From contig CAZVLL010000002.1 of NCBI GenBank assembly GCA_964628025.1, positions 1,421-65,420 of the forward strand: a stretch of 64,000 nucleotides of DNA, read 5' to 3'. The notes beneath the pieces are model-generated. The model saw nothing but the letters and a program-made list of their open reading frames with translations. It did not search any database and had not been told where the DNA came from. Shown here piece by piece: positions 1 through 8,593 of this stretch (the stretch's first letter is position 1; each line of letters begins with the position of its first letter). The DNA is from an uncultured Syntrophaceae bacterium (GTDB taxonomy: Bacteria > Desulfobacterota > Syntrophia > Syntrophales > UBA2192). The position numbers and the translations under genes are program-made.

Positions 1-165
1 GAGCGCAAGGCCGCCGAGCTTCCGGCCTACGAGACGGTCAAGGAGCAGGTCAAGGCCCGGGCCACCCAGGCCATCCAGCAGGAACGCCTCAATGCCTTCC
101 TCGAAAAGGCGATGAAAGATGCCAAGGTGACCTTCTACGGTCCGGAGCCTCCGAAGGAACAGTAA
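1..165 (+). CDS. 3' end of an upstream CDS (last 54 codons); possibly the C-terminus of a SurA/PpiD-type chaperone
   Basis: Frame 1 is open from the window edge to TAA at 163-165 (..LNAFLEKAMKDAKVTFYGPEPPKEQ*). The family call is a weak impression only. Confidence 0.3.
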   Translation, partial: ERKAAELPAYETVKEQVKARATQAIQQERLNAFLEKAMKDAKVTFYGPEPPKEQ

Positions 166-192
166 CAACCGGATGGGCGCAGGGAATCGGGG

Positions 193-1113
193 ATGGATGA
201 CCTGACCAAACCCCTGCTCGACACGAGCCGGTGCACGGGCTGCGGTCTGTGCCTTGATGTCTGTCCTTCCGACGTGCTGGCCCTGGAAAACGGGCAAGTC
301 ACTCTCACCCGGGAAGGCTGCTTCGGTTGTGATCATTGCGCCGCCGTGTGTCCCACGGAGGCCATCACCATCGATTCCGTCAGCACCGGGAGCATCGAGC
401 TTGCCACTGTGGACACGGGCGGTCGTTGGCTCCCCTTCGGGGAGTTCGACACCGCCCTTCTTGTCCGGCTTCTCTATTCCCGGCGATCATGCCGCTGTTT
501 CCTTGAAGAACCGATAGACCGCCGCAGCCTTGAGGATCTTGCCCGAATCGGCATCATGGCCCCCTCCGGGACCAACAGCCAGCCCTGGACTTTCACCATC
601 GTCCCCGACCGGCAGTCCCTCTTGGATTTCGGACGGATGATTGCCCGTTTCTACGAACACCTGAACCGCCTGGCCGCAAACCCTGCCGCGCGGCTCTTTT
701 CGCGCCTGTTCATGAAGGATAAACTGGGGCGCTACTACCGTCGCTATCATGCACAGATTCAGGAGGCCCTTCGGCAGTGGGACAAGTCGGGACGAGACCG
801 GCTCTTTCACGGCGCCACGGCGGCGATCCTCATCGGGACAGGACCGGGCGCTTCCTGCCCCCGGGAAGATGCGCTCCTTGCCGCCCAGAACATTGCGCTC
901 GCCGCCCACACCATGGGAATCGGGACCTGCCTCATCGGCTTTGCCGTCGAGGCCATGCGTCGCGATCGCTCCATTCATCGTTCGCTGGGCATCCCGGAGC
1001 AGGAGGACATCCACGCCGTCATCGCCCTGGGAAAGCCGGCCGTTACATATCTCAGGCCGGCGGGGCGCAAACCGGCCCGGATTCGCTTCGTGAACCGTTC
1101 GGATTCGCCATAA
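193..1113 (+). CDS. Fusion of a 2x[4Fe-4S] ferredoxin domain and a nitroreductase-family protein
   Basis: The N-terminus has CTGCGLCLDVCP and CFGCDHCAAVCP cluster motifs. The remainder has nitroreductase-like RRSCRCF..APSGTNSQPW..GIGTCLIG. Confidence 0.8.
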   Translation: MDDLTKPLLDTSRCTGCGLCLDVCPSDVLALENGQVTLTREGCFGCDHCAAVCPTEAITIDSVSTGSIELATVDTGGRWLPFGEFDTALLVRLLYSRRSCRCFLEEPIDRRSLEDLARIGIMAPSGTNSQPWTFTIVPDRQSLLDFGRMIARFYEHLNRLAANPAARLFSRLFMKDKLGRYYRRYHAQIQEALRQWDKSGRDRLFHGATAAILIGTGPGASCPREDALLAAQNIALAAHTMGIGTCLIGFAVEAMRRDRSIHRSLGIPEQEDIHAVIALGKPAVTYLRPAGRKPARIRFVNRSDSP

Positions 1114-1125
1114 CAGGATTCAATT

Positions 1126-2043
1126 GTGGAATACATCGTCCAGGCAGATAATCTGAGGAAATCCTTCGGTGCCCTTACCGCCGTCGACGGAATCTCCTTC
1201 CACATCCGCCGCGGGGAATGCTACGGCATCCTGGGACCGAACGGCGCCGGCAAGACATCGACGGTCCGCATGATCTACGGCTTCTCTCCCCCTTCGGCCG
1301 GCTCCCTCCACGTGCTCGGGCAGGATGTTACCCAACGACGGCAGCTCCGCAAGGTCAAGTACCGCATCGGTGTCTGCCAGCAGGAAAACAACCTCGACCC
1401 CGAGCTGTCCATCCTTCAGAATCTTGAAGTCTTCGCATCCTATTTCGACGTCCCCCGTCCGGAAGCCACCGCCAGGGCCCATGGTCTGCTGAAATTCATC
1501 GCCCTGGAAAACCGCAGGGATACGGCCATACCGGAGCTCTCGGGAGGGCTGATGCGGAGAGTGGTTCTCGCCCGGGCCCTGATCAACGATCCCGATCTCC
1601 TGATCCTCGATGAGCCCACGACGGGACTCGACCCCCAGTCACGCCACCAGATCTGGGAGCGCCTGGAAGGACTCCGGGCTCGCGGCATCTCCATCCTGCT
1701 CACGACGCACTACATGGAAGAAGCCTCGCGGCTCTGCGACCGGCTCATTATCATGGACCACGGAAAGATTCTTGTGGAGGGCGGGCCGCAAGAACTGATC
1801 CGGGATCACGCGGGCAAGGACATCATTGAAGTCGGAGAGCCCGGCGAGGAGCTACGTTCCTACGTACGGGACCACAACATTCGGCACGAGGATCTGGGCC
1901 ACCGCCTCATCCTCTACTGCGAAGAGCGGGACCGGCTCTACCGCGAGATCAGCGAGCGCTACTGCCGCCACGGGTGCACCTTGCGGACCGCGACATTGGA
2001 AGACGTGTTTCTGAAGCTTACGGGGAGGGATCTGCGGGAATGA
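1126..2043 (+). CDS. ABC transporter ATP-binding protein (DrrA/NodI-like, ABC-2 type exporter)
   Basis: Walker A GPNGAGKTS, signature LSGGLMRR and Walker B LLILDEPT. GTG start. The stop overlaps the next gene (ATGA). Confidence 0.9.
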   Translation: MEYIVQADNLRKSFGALTAVDGISFHIRRGECYGILGPNGAGKTSTVRMIYGFSPPSAGSLHVLGQDVTQRRQLRKVKYRIGVCQQENNLDPELSILQNLEVFASYFDVPRPEATARAHGLLKFIALENRRDTAIPELSGGLMRRVVLARALINDPDLLILDEPTTGLDPQSRHQIWERLEGLRARGISILLTTHYMEEASRLCDRLIIMDHGKILVEGGPQELIRDHAGKDIIEVGEPGEELRSYVRDHNIRHEDLGHRLILYCEERDRLYREISERYCRHGCTLRTATLEDVFLKLTGRDLRE

Positions 2044-2831
2044 GCAAAATGGCTGTACCGATCATTTCTTCGCGGTTTCTCCGGGTCTGGGGTCGAAACT
2101 TCGCCGTCTATCGCAAGACCTGGAAGGTGAGCTTCATGCCACCCCTGCTGGAGCCGCTCATGTATCTTGCGGCCTTCGGCCTGGGGATGAGCGCGCTTGT
2201 GGGGAATGTCTCGTGGCGCGAACATTCCACGTCGTACATCGTCTTCATCGCGCCGGCCCTGCTTACGGTCAACATGATGTACAACAGCTTCTTCGAGACC
2301 ACCTACGGATCCTTTGTGAGGATGTACTACCAGAAAACGTTCGATGCCATGCTGGCCACGCCGCTGTTCCTCGAAGAAATCATCACCGGCGAGATCATCT
2401 GGGGTGCCACCAAGTCCGTCATTGCCTCATCCATCATGCTCGGCATCATCAGCCTCTTCGGTCTCATCCGTTACCCCGAAGGCCTGCTTCTAATCCCACT
2501 GTCCTTCCTTGCGGGGCTCGCCTTTGCATCGATCGGAATGTTTTTCACGGCCGTCGTGAAGAACATCGACCTGTTCAATCTGCCCATCTTTCTTTTCATC
2601 ACGCCCATGTTTCTTTTCAGCGGCACTTTTTTCCCTCTCGACACGCTCCCTCTCTGGGCCAAGGTTCTGGCGTACTGCATGCCTCTCACCCACCTGGTGG
2701 AGATCTCCCGGTCCATCGGGATCGGCCCCTTCGACGGGATTGCCCTGTGGAATCTGCTCTATCTCATTCTCTTCACTGCTCTCTTCTTCCCTCTGGCTCT
2801 CGCCAAGATGCGAAAGCGGCTCATCAAATGA
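2040..2831 (+). CDS. ABC-2 type transporter permease
   Basis: Multi-pass hydrophobic protein translationally coupled to the ATPase through an ATGA overlap at 2040-2043. The start is trimmed from track ORF 1974 to MSKMAVPII. Confidence 0.8.
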   Translation: MSKMAVPIISSRFLRVWGRNFAVYRKTWKVSFMPPLLEPLMYLAAFGLGMSALVGNVSWREHSTSYIVFIAPALLTVNMMYNSFFETTYGSFVRMYYQKTFDAMLATPLFLEEIITGEIIWGATKSVIASSIMLGIISLFGLIRYPEGLLLIPLSFLAGLAFASIGMFFTAVVKNIDLFNLPIFLFITPMFLFSGTFFPLDTLPLWAKVLAYCMPLTHLVEISRSIGIGPFDGIALWNLLYLILFTALFFPLALAKMRKRLIK

Positions 2832-2859
2832 GCGTCGGGATTTGGCACACCCTTTTTAT

Positions 2860-2888
2860 TTGACAGAAAGAAACTGATTTCCTATACT
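2860..2888 (+). promoter_or_regulatory. Candidate sigma70-type promoter (TTGACA-17 nt-TATACT)
   Basis: TTGACA at 2860-2865, an exact 17-nt spacer, then TATACT at 2883-2888, about 22 nt upstream of the GTG at 2910. Confidence 0.5.
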
Positions 2889-2909
2889 TAGCAGCTACTT
2901 TCTCGACAG

Positions 2910-4109
2910 GTGAATGCTTTGAACACAAGCAAAATAGCCATTATCGGGCCGGGGCGACTGGGAACGGCGCTGGCCTACATATACGGCCGCAACGGCAGGC
3001 CTGTGACGATGTACTATCACGATGCCGAGGTGTGCCGTTATATCAACGAGGAGCACCTCAATCCAAAGCATCTCACCCATGACCTGGCAAAGCTCTATGG
3101 CGGGATGGAAAAGGTTCCCCGACTGGCGCCGGAGGTGACGGCGTCAAGCGACCTCGAGCAGGTCGTCCACGAGAATGACTTCCTCTTCCTCACGATCACG
3201 ATGAACCGCCTGTCGAGGCTTCTTGATTACCTGCGGCCCATGATCGGCAAGAAGCGCGGCAAGACCTGTATCATCTCCGCCATCAAGGGCCTCGTCTCCG
3301 ACGAAAAGACGAAGGAACTGATCACGCCCTCTCAAATGATCCGGGGGGATCTCTCCCACCTCCAGCACAAGTTCAAGGTCGTCGCCGTGGGCGGACCTTT
3401 TTTTGATGTGGATATCGCCCTCGGCAAGCCCGTGGCTCTGACCATCGCCGGTCCTCGCAGCGTTGCGCAGACCGTTCGGAAAGAGGTCGTAAACTTCGAC
3501 CGGCGCGAGATTACGTCCTATTATAACTTCGACATCGTGGGGATCGAGGCCTGCGGAGCACTCAAGAACATCGTGGCAAACATCAAGGGAATGACCGATC
3601 AGATGAACCTGGGCAATTCCATCCCCGGAACCATCTTTGCGCGTTCCGGCGTGGAGATCCGCTCCCTCGCAAGGCTTCTGGGAGGAAGCTTCCAGGCTTT
3701 TTACAGCCAGGCGGGGGTGGGCGATTTGTACGTTACGCTTTCCTCCGATGCCAGCAAGAACTACCGGTACGGGAAACTCTACTACGAGCTTTTCGATGGA
3801 AACCCCATCCAGACGGACAAGAAGGTGCTGGACCAGATCGATGGAACCCCGGAAGGGCCCAACACGATCCGCAACGTGTACCGCTACCTGGAAAAGAAGA
3901 ACATGTACAGCCCCATGTTTTCCTGCGCCTACCATATTTTCAACGAAACAGGGGATCGCAAGCAGATCGAGGAACGGCTCATCGAGTCCATCCAGTTCGA
4001 CAAGCGGTCCACGGAATTCATCGGCCCGGTCTCGCGTGTGCTGTACCGGCTGTTTCCGAACTGGTGGTACAGGCGGGACAAGGGACTGCCATCCATGTTG
4101 GATTTCTAA
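2910..4109 (+). CDS. NAD(P)H-dependent glycerol-3-phosphate dehydrogenase family protein (divergent, with a C-terminal extension)
   Basis: N-terminal Rossmann motif IAIIGPGRLGTALA. GpsA-like blocks ISAIKGL, GGPFF..A, GALKNIVA and AGVGDLYVTLSS. About 60 aa longer than typical GpsA. Confidence 0.7.
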   Translation: MNALNTSKIAIIGPGRLGTALAYIYGRNGRPVTMYYHDAEVCRYINEEHLNPKHLTHDLAKLYGGMEKVPRLAPEVTASSDLEQVVHENDFLFLTITMNRLSRLLDYLRPMIGKKRGKTCIISAIKGLVSDEKTKELITPSQMIRGDLSHLQHKFKVVAVGGPFFDVDIALGKPVALTIAGPRSVAQTVRKEVVNFDRREITSYYNFDIVGIEACGALKNIVANIKGMTDQMNLGNSIPGTIFARSGVEIRSLARLLGGSFQAFYSQAGVGDLYVTLSSDASKNYRYGKLYYELFDGNPIQTDKKVLDQIDGTPEGPNTIRNVYRYLEKKNMYSPMFSCAYHIFNETGDRKQIEERLIESIQFDKRSTEFIGPVSRVLYRLFPNWWYRRDKGLPSMLDF

Positions 4110-4248
4110 GGCTGCTGATAAAGGCTCATCTACTGCGTTGCCCTCCTTCCTCGTCGCTCATGTACGCCACATGGGTACACTCGCTCCTCGGAACATCGGG
4201 ACGCCTTGTATCTAAACCTTTTTGAGCAGCCTTTAGGATAAGACGTCC

Positions 4249-5103
4249 TCAGCCGGTTGTGGCCGGCGTCTCCAGGGCCTTCAGCTTCCTGATGTAACTC
4301 CCTTTCGCGCTGAGGTTCTTATAATTGACCAGATCGTCCATGAGCAGGGCAACTGACGGCTTGATGTCCACGCCATAACGGTTTGCATTCTCCCGGTTTG
4401 ACCGATCCACAACGAGGATGGAGTAGTACGTAACGAGGATTCGCGTCTTGGAGTCCCGTCGCCACAGGCAGGCCTTCCCCGAAAGGGTGTTCAGGAAAAA
4501 GGCAGCGTAATCGTAAAGTTCCTTCCGCGTCATCCTGATCTCCGGACTCTTCGCCTCAATTCCCCTGTTGAGCCAGTCGAAGATCATCTCCGCCGTCGAT
4601 TCCATCATCTCTGTCTCGTTGGCAAGGATATCGAGAATAAGGCCGATCTGCTCCCGCCCGATAGTCCGCAGAAAGTGCTCCTGGTTCAGCTTCAGCTTGG
4701 ATGGGTCCGTGGCTTCCCCGGTAAGGATGGGGGGATAGGCGGCAAGATCGTTCAGCATCTTCACGAAATGCCGGTATGTCCCCTCGGGAAGCTTGTAAGC
4801 CTTAATGTACTCGCGTCCGTCGAGGTAGCGGCAGAAGCGGATCAGGTCCTGCTCGAAGTCCTCAAACTCCTTCGAGTCTTTCAGGGTCTTCTGGGCCCGG
4901 AGCTTCTTGCGGTAGACGCGGTTGTTCTGGATGTCGGGGGCCGAACCGGGAGAGTGCTTCGCCACCTCGGACTGGGCAAACCCGGTCCTGACAATACCCA
5001 GATCCTCGAATCCGCCGCGCCCCAGGTACACCCCGAAACTTAACAGGGCTACGAGACCGAGGACGGTGCCGATTCCTGTCAGAATGATGCGATTGCTCAT
5101 CAA
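4249..5103 (-). CDS. Hypothetical membrane-anchored protein
   Basis: 284-aa ORF with one N-terminal TM helix (IILTGIGTVLGLVALLSFGVYL). I recognise no family. Confidence 0.55.
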   Translation of the reverse strand: MMSNRIILTGIGTVLGLVALLSFGVYLGRGGFEDLGIVRTGFAQSEVAKHSPGSAPDIQNNRVYRKKLRAQKTLKDSKEFEDFEQDLIRFCRYLDGREYIKAYKLPEGTYRHFVKMLNDLAAYPPILTGEATDPSKLKLNQEHFLRTIGREQIGLILDILANETEMMESTAEMIFDWLNRGIEAKSPEIRMTRKELYDYAAFFLNTLSGKACLWRRDSKTRILVTYYSILVVDRSNRENANRYGVDIKPSVALLMDDLVNYKNLSAKGSYIRKLKALETPATTG

Positions 5104-5202
5104 GATGATCTCTCCGGCAGTCAGATGAAGACCGGCGGGGACAATGATTTTCCTGTCCCCTGCCGGAATAAAGAGTGAGCAATTTCTGTGCCCGCAATAG
5201 TT

Positions 5203-8200
5203 TCAGGTTAACGGTTCGATGACGAGCTTCGGCACCAGGGTTTCATTGGCCCGCAGCAGCCGTTCCTCGCCTGCATAGACGGCCACGGAGGATGCCATGA
5301 GGGCCGGAACGAGGATCTCCCGGACCGTCTTGAGAATCTCATCGGGGGAAAGTTCGAGCACCCGATCCCGGAACGCCTGCCGGTCGGCGTCGGTAATCCC
5401 CGCGAAGTGGCGGATCATGGACAGGTACCCTTTCCCTGCCGGATCCGCCGGCCGGTCCAGAGACCCGATGGTCCCGATAATGGTTTTTTCCAGTTCCTCC
5501 CCGCTGATTCCCTCTTCCAGCAGGTATCGTGCGGCCTCTTCGTAAACCTTCAGCGTTTCCGTCAGGCGAGGATCACGATAGGACAGGAAGGAGAACGTCT
5601 TTCCCAGCGGATCGTAAAGGGACATCCCCCCGTAGGCGCCACCCTGAACCCGGATCCGGTTGTAGAGGAATCCCTTCGAGAGCTCCTTCGAAATCACGGA
5701 GAGTGCCGCCGAAGAGGGATCGAAATAACCCGGCACGGCGGCGACCTGTGCCACATAGCAGACCTGTGCTGCGATCGAAACCCCGGTTTGCAGCGGTCCC
5801 GGCAGGCTCGAAGCGGCCTTCTTTGCCGAGACGCCGTTGCCCAGCCGTTCCAGCAAAGCACCGCTCTCCTTCAGAACGAGACCGATCCCCGCCGCATCAC
5901 CCGTCACGTTGAGCACAAGCCCGTCGTGACGGAATACGAGCCTCTTGAGGCGTTCCATGGTTTCGACGAGAGAATCGACCGCGAAGCACTCTGCCTGACC
6001 GCTCAAGAGTCGCAACTGGGTGCGCCCGTTCCATTGCTCGTCCCGGCGGGAGGCCAGGGTCAGCGACGATGCCGCCGTCCGCTGGGCAAAGAGATGTCCC
6101 GACGGAACGACTGCGGAATGCAGGCTGTTTCTCTTCTCCAGAACGAGGTCCTCCATTCGCCTGCGGTCCGAAAGATCGCCCGCCACGAGGATATCGCCGA
6201 GAAGCTCCACGGCCGTGGGAATGTTGCGGGGGAGCGCCCGCATCCGGAAGATCATCTTCTGCCAGATTTCCTTCCCGTCGCTGCCGAAGCCCGACGCAAG
6301 CTGAATCCCCAGCCCGCCCATGGCCATCGAAATTTTTGTGGCCATCTCGTCATAGCGGCGTCCCGCGGATCCCATTCCCCGTGCGAACTTTCCGAGCAGC
6401 GGCAGGTATGGCTGCAGTTCCTCGGACACAGGGGCCACATCGAAGACACAATCCAGGTAGACGATGCCGTTGCTGAAGATCTCATGCTTCAGGATGGGAA
6501 TGCTTCCCGTTCGGCTCTCCTCGGACCGAATCCGCTCTACCTCGCGGGGAATGTCCGAACGCCTGAGCCGGGGGAGCCTGGCCAGCGCCTCCGGCGTATC
6601 GGGTTGCGACTGGAGTGCCTTCAGGCGGGCGGCCTCGTCCCGGATCCTTTCCCGGTCTTTTTCGGACAGGGTTGCCTTGAGCTCCGCCATCCGCTGCCGG
6701 AACTTCGCTTCGTCCTCCTCAAGGCAGCTCCGGCTCGGCTCCATCACAGAGGTGAGACGGTGCGGATTTTCCAAAAACCAGCGTCGAATCACGTTCTCGA
6801 AAAGCCCCGTCTCATTCGCCATGCGGCTTCGGATGCGCTCGATCAGGGGGTTGAATTTCAGCGGAACCAGGGGGTCTCCGTCGTAGAGCCAGGTTTGAAA
6901 AACCCGGCCCATGAGGGTGATCCCGTACGGGTAGGCTCCGCGGACGATCTCCTTGCCGTGGAATTCCACCTGGTGCAGGGCCGCCTCGATCAGATCCCGG
7001 TCAAACCCTTTGTGCGCCAGGCCTTCCAGAACATTCAGGATCAGATCTTCGACGGCCCCGGCCCGGTCAGGGTCCGTTCCGCGCAGACCCACGGCGAAGA
7101 CGATTTGCCGCAGATCGGACTCGATCCCCGTGACGGGCGAGAGATCTTCACCCAGCCCCGAATCGATGAGAGCCTTGCGAAGAGGGCCTGCGGCCGTACC
7201 GACCAGGGCATGGGCGGCGATTCTGAGCAGGAGAAGCTCCTCCGAATCCGTGCTCTCCACCATCATCCAGGCCACATTGACGGCCGATTTCCGCGCGAGA
7301 CTCTCGCCCTTGCCCACGGGAAAGCAGTCGCGCACCGAACGCGGTTCTGTCCAGCGGGGCTGAAGGCCAATGGCCGATTCGACCTGCTCCTTGCCGGAAC
7401 CGCGCAGCACATCCTCGAGAAAGGCGAGATGATCCTCCGGCGGGATGTTGCCGTAGAGAAAGAAATAGGCATTCGTCGGGGAATAGTAGAGCCGGTGGAA
7501 TTCCCGGAGTTGTTCCCAGGTGAGATGAGGAATCGCCGCAGGATCGCCCCCGGAATCGAAGCCGTAAGGGTTATCGGGAAAGAGGTTCTGCTGGAGGGCC
7601 TTGTACATGAGACCGTCCGGTGATGAGTAGGCTCCTTTCATCTCGTTGTAGACGATCCCCGAGACGGTGAGATCGCTTCCGGGATCGTCGGGCTTGACGA
7701 ATTCCAGGTGATGCCCTTCCTGCTGGAAGGTTGCTCTCAGGATCCGGGGCCTGAGCACAAGGTCGGTGTATACCCGGGCCAGGTTGAAGTAATCGACGGG
7801 AACCTGGCTGGCCACGGGGTAGAGGGTTTTGTCTGGGTAGGTAAAGGCATTGATGAAGGTCTGCAGCGTGGCCCGCGAAAGTTCGTTGAAGGCGTCTTTC
7901 ACGGGGTAGTCCTCGGATCCGGCGAGTACTGAGTGCTCCAGGATATGGGCGATTCCCGTGGAATCCCAGGGCGGCGTGCGGAACCCCACGGCAAAGAGAT
8001 TCTCGCTGTCGTTCCCGTGAAGATGGAGGACCTTCGCACCCGTGGCGACGTGGTCCATCTCGTAGGCCGTGCAGCAGATGTCATCGACGGCCTCGACCCT
8101 GCGGACGATGAAGCCGCGAATTTTGTCCCTCTGCCGGATCCGCGGTGCGGGACATTGTCCGGATTGTATCACCTGAAGTTTCCTCGTTTCTCCCCGCTGC

Positions 8201-8214
8201 CTTGCAGACAGCAA
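5203..8214 (-). CDS. M16-family (insulinase/PreP-like, M16C) zinc metallopeptidase
   Basis: Inverted zinc motif HILEHSVLAGS near the N-terminus. About 1000 aa, typical of PreP-like M16C enzymes. The exact start is uncertain. Confidence 0.85.
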   Translation of the reverse strand: MLSARQRGETRKLQVIQSGQCPAPRIRQRDKIRGFIVRRVEAVDDICCTAYEMDHVATGAKVLHLHGNDSENLFAVGFRTPPWDSTGIAHILEHSVLAGSEDYPVKDAFNELSRATLQTFINAFTYPDKTLYPVASQVPVDYFNLARVYTDLVLRPRILRATFQQEGHHLEFVKPDDPGSDLTVSGIVYNEMKGAYSSPDGLMYKALQQNLFPDNPYGFDSGGDPAAIPHLTWEQLREFHRLYYSPTNAYFFLYGNIPPEDHLAFLEDVLRGSGKEQVESAIGLQPRWTEPRSVRDCFPVGKGESLARKSAVNVAWMMVESTDSEELLLLRIAAHALVGTAAGPLRKALIDSGLGEDLSPVTGIESDLRQIVFAVGLRGTDPDRAGAVEDLILNVLEGLAHKGFDRDLIEAALHQVEFHGKEIVRGAYPYGITLMGRVFQTWLYDGDPLVPLKFNPLIERIRSRMANETGLFENVIRRWFLENPHRLTSVMEPSRSCLEEDEAKFRQRMAELKATLSEKDRERIRDEAARLKALQSQPDTPEALARLPRLRRSDIPREVERIRSEESRTGSIPILKHEIFSNGIVYLDCVFDVAPVSEELQPYLPLLGKFARGMGSAGRRYDEMATKISMAMGGLGIQLASGFGSDGKEIWQKMIFRMRALPRNIPTAVELLGDILVAGDLSDRRRMEDLVLEKRNSLHSAVVPSGHLFAQRTAASSLTLASRRDEQWNGRTQLRLLSGQAECFAVDSLVETMERLKRLVFRHDGLVLNVTGDAAGIGLVLKESGALLERLGNGVSAKKAASSLPGPLQTGVSIAAQVCYVAQVAAVPGYFDPSSAALSVISKELSKGFLYNRIRVQGGAYGGMSLYDPLGKTFSFLSYRDPRLTETLKVYEEAARYLLEEGISGEELEKTIIGTIGSLDRPADPAGKGYLSMIRHFAGITDADRQAFRDRVLELSPDEILKTVREILVPALMASSVAVYAGEERLLRANETLVPKLVIEPLT

Positions 8215-8530
8215 AATTTCAAAATTGCTTTTTACCTTAACAGCAGGCAGCCAACTCTTGCAAGGCGAATGAACAAGAGAAGTGTGGGGTAATGGAATGG
8301 AGCCTCATTCATGAATCGATCAGAAGGACCGTGAAATGATTTTGCAAGGCTCAGTGAAAGCGTCTTTGTGTGAACGGTTCTTATCGAGGCGCAGTGCCCG
8401 CAACGTCATCTGTTTGAGCCCGAAGGGCGAGTTTATGACGTTGCAACGAAGCAAGATTTAGAACCGTCGCAAAGCGGTTTTGAGCCGGCAAAATTGTTTC
8501 GCGGTCTTTTCATGATTGGACCGGCCGATA

Positions 8531-8564
8531 TAAAAAGGGGGTTGAAACATGAGTTCCAACCCCC
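8531..8564 (-). terminator. Rho-independent terminator downstream of the GltB-like gene
   Basis: 8-bp GC-rich stem GGGGGTTG/CAACCCCC (8537-8544 with 8557-8564), followed on the minus strand by a U5 run (plus A 8532-8536). Confidence 0.7.
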
Positions 8565-8593
8565 TTCTGCACTGTCCGATTGCGGCTATTGGC

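Noticed and set aside
4104-4240. Possible MITE or long-range stem in the convergent gap after the GpsA-like gene (CTAAGGCTGCTGATAAA ... TTTTTGAGCAGCCTTTAG, ~15/17 inverted match enclosing ~100 nt)
   Set aside because: There is only one short imperfect inverted pair. The interior has no convincing secondary structure and no second copy in the window. Its resemblance to the 8323-8510 hairpin is limited to 8-mers.
5407-7623. 738-aa plus-strand ORF (and several 100-140-aa ORFs) overlapping the M16 peptidase gene
   Set aside because: It lies antisense to a gene with clear family motifs. Its composition is Arg/Pro/Gly-rich low complexity, typical of shadow ORFs in ~60% GC DNA. It has no recognisable domain.
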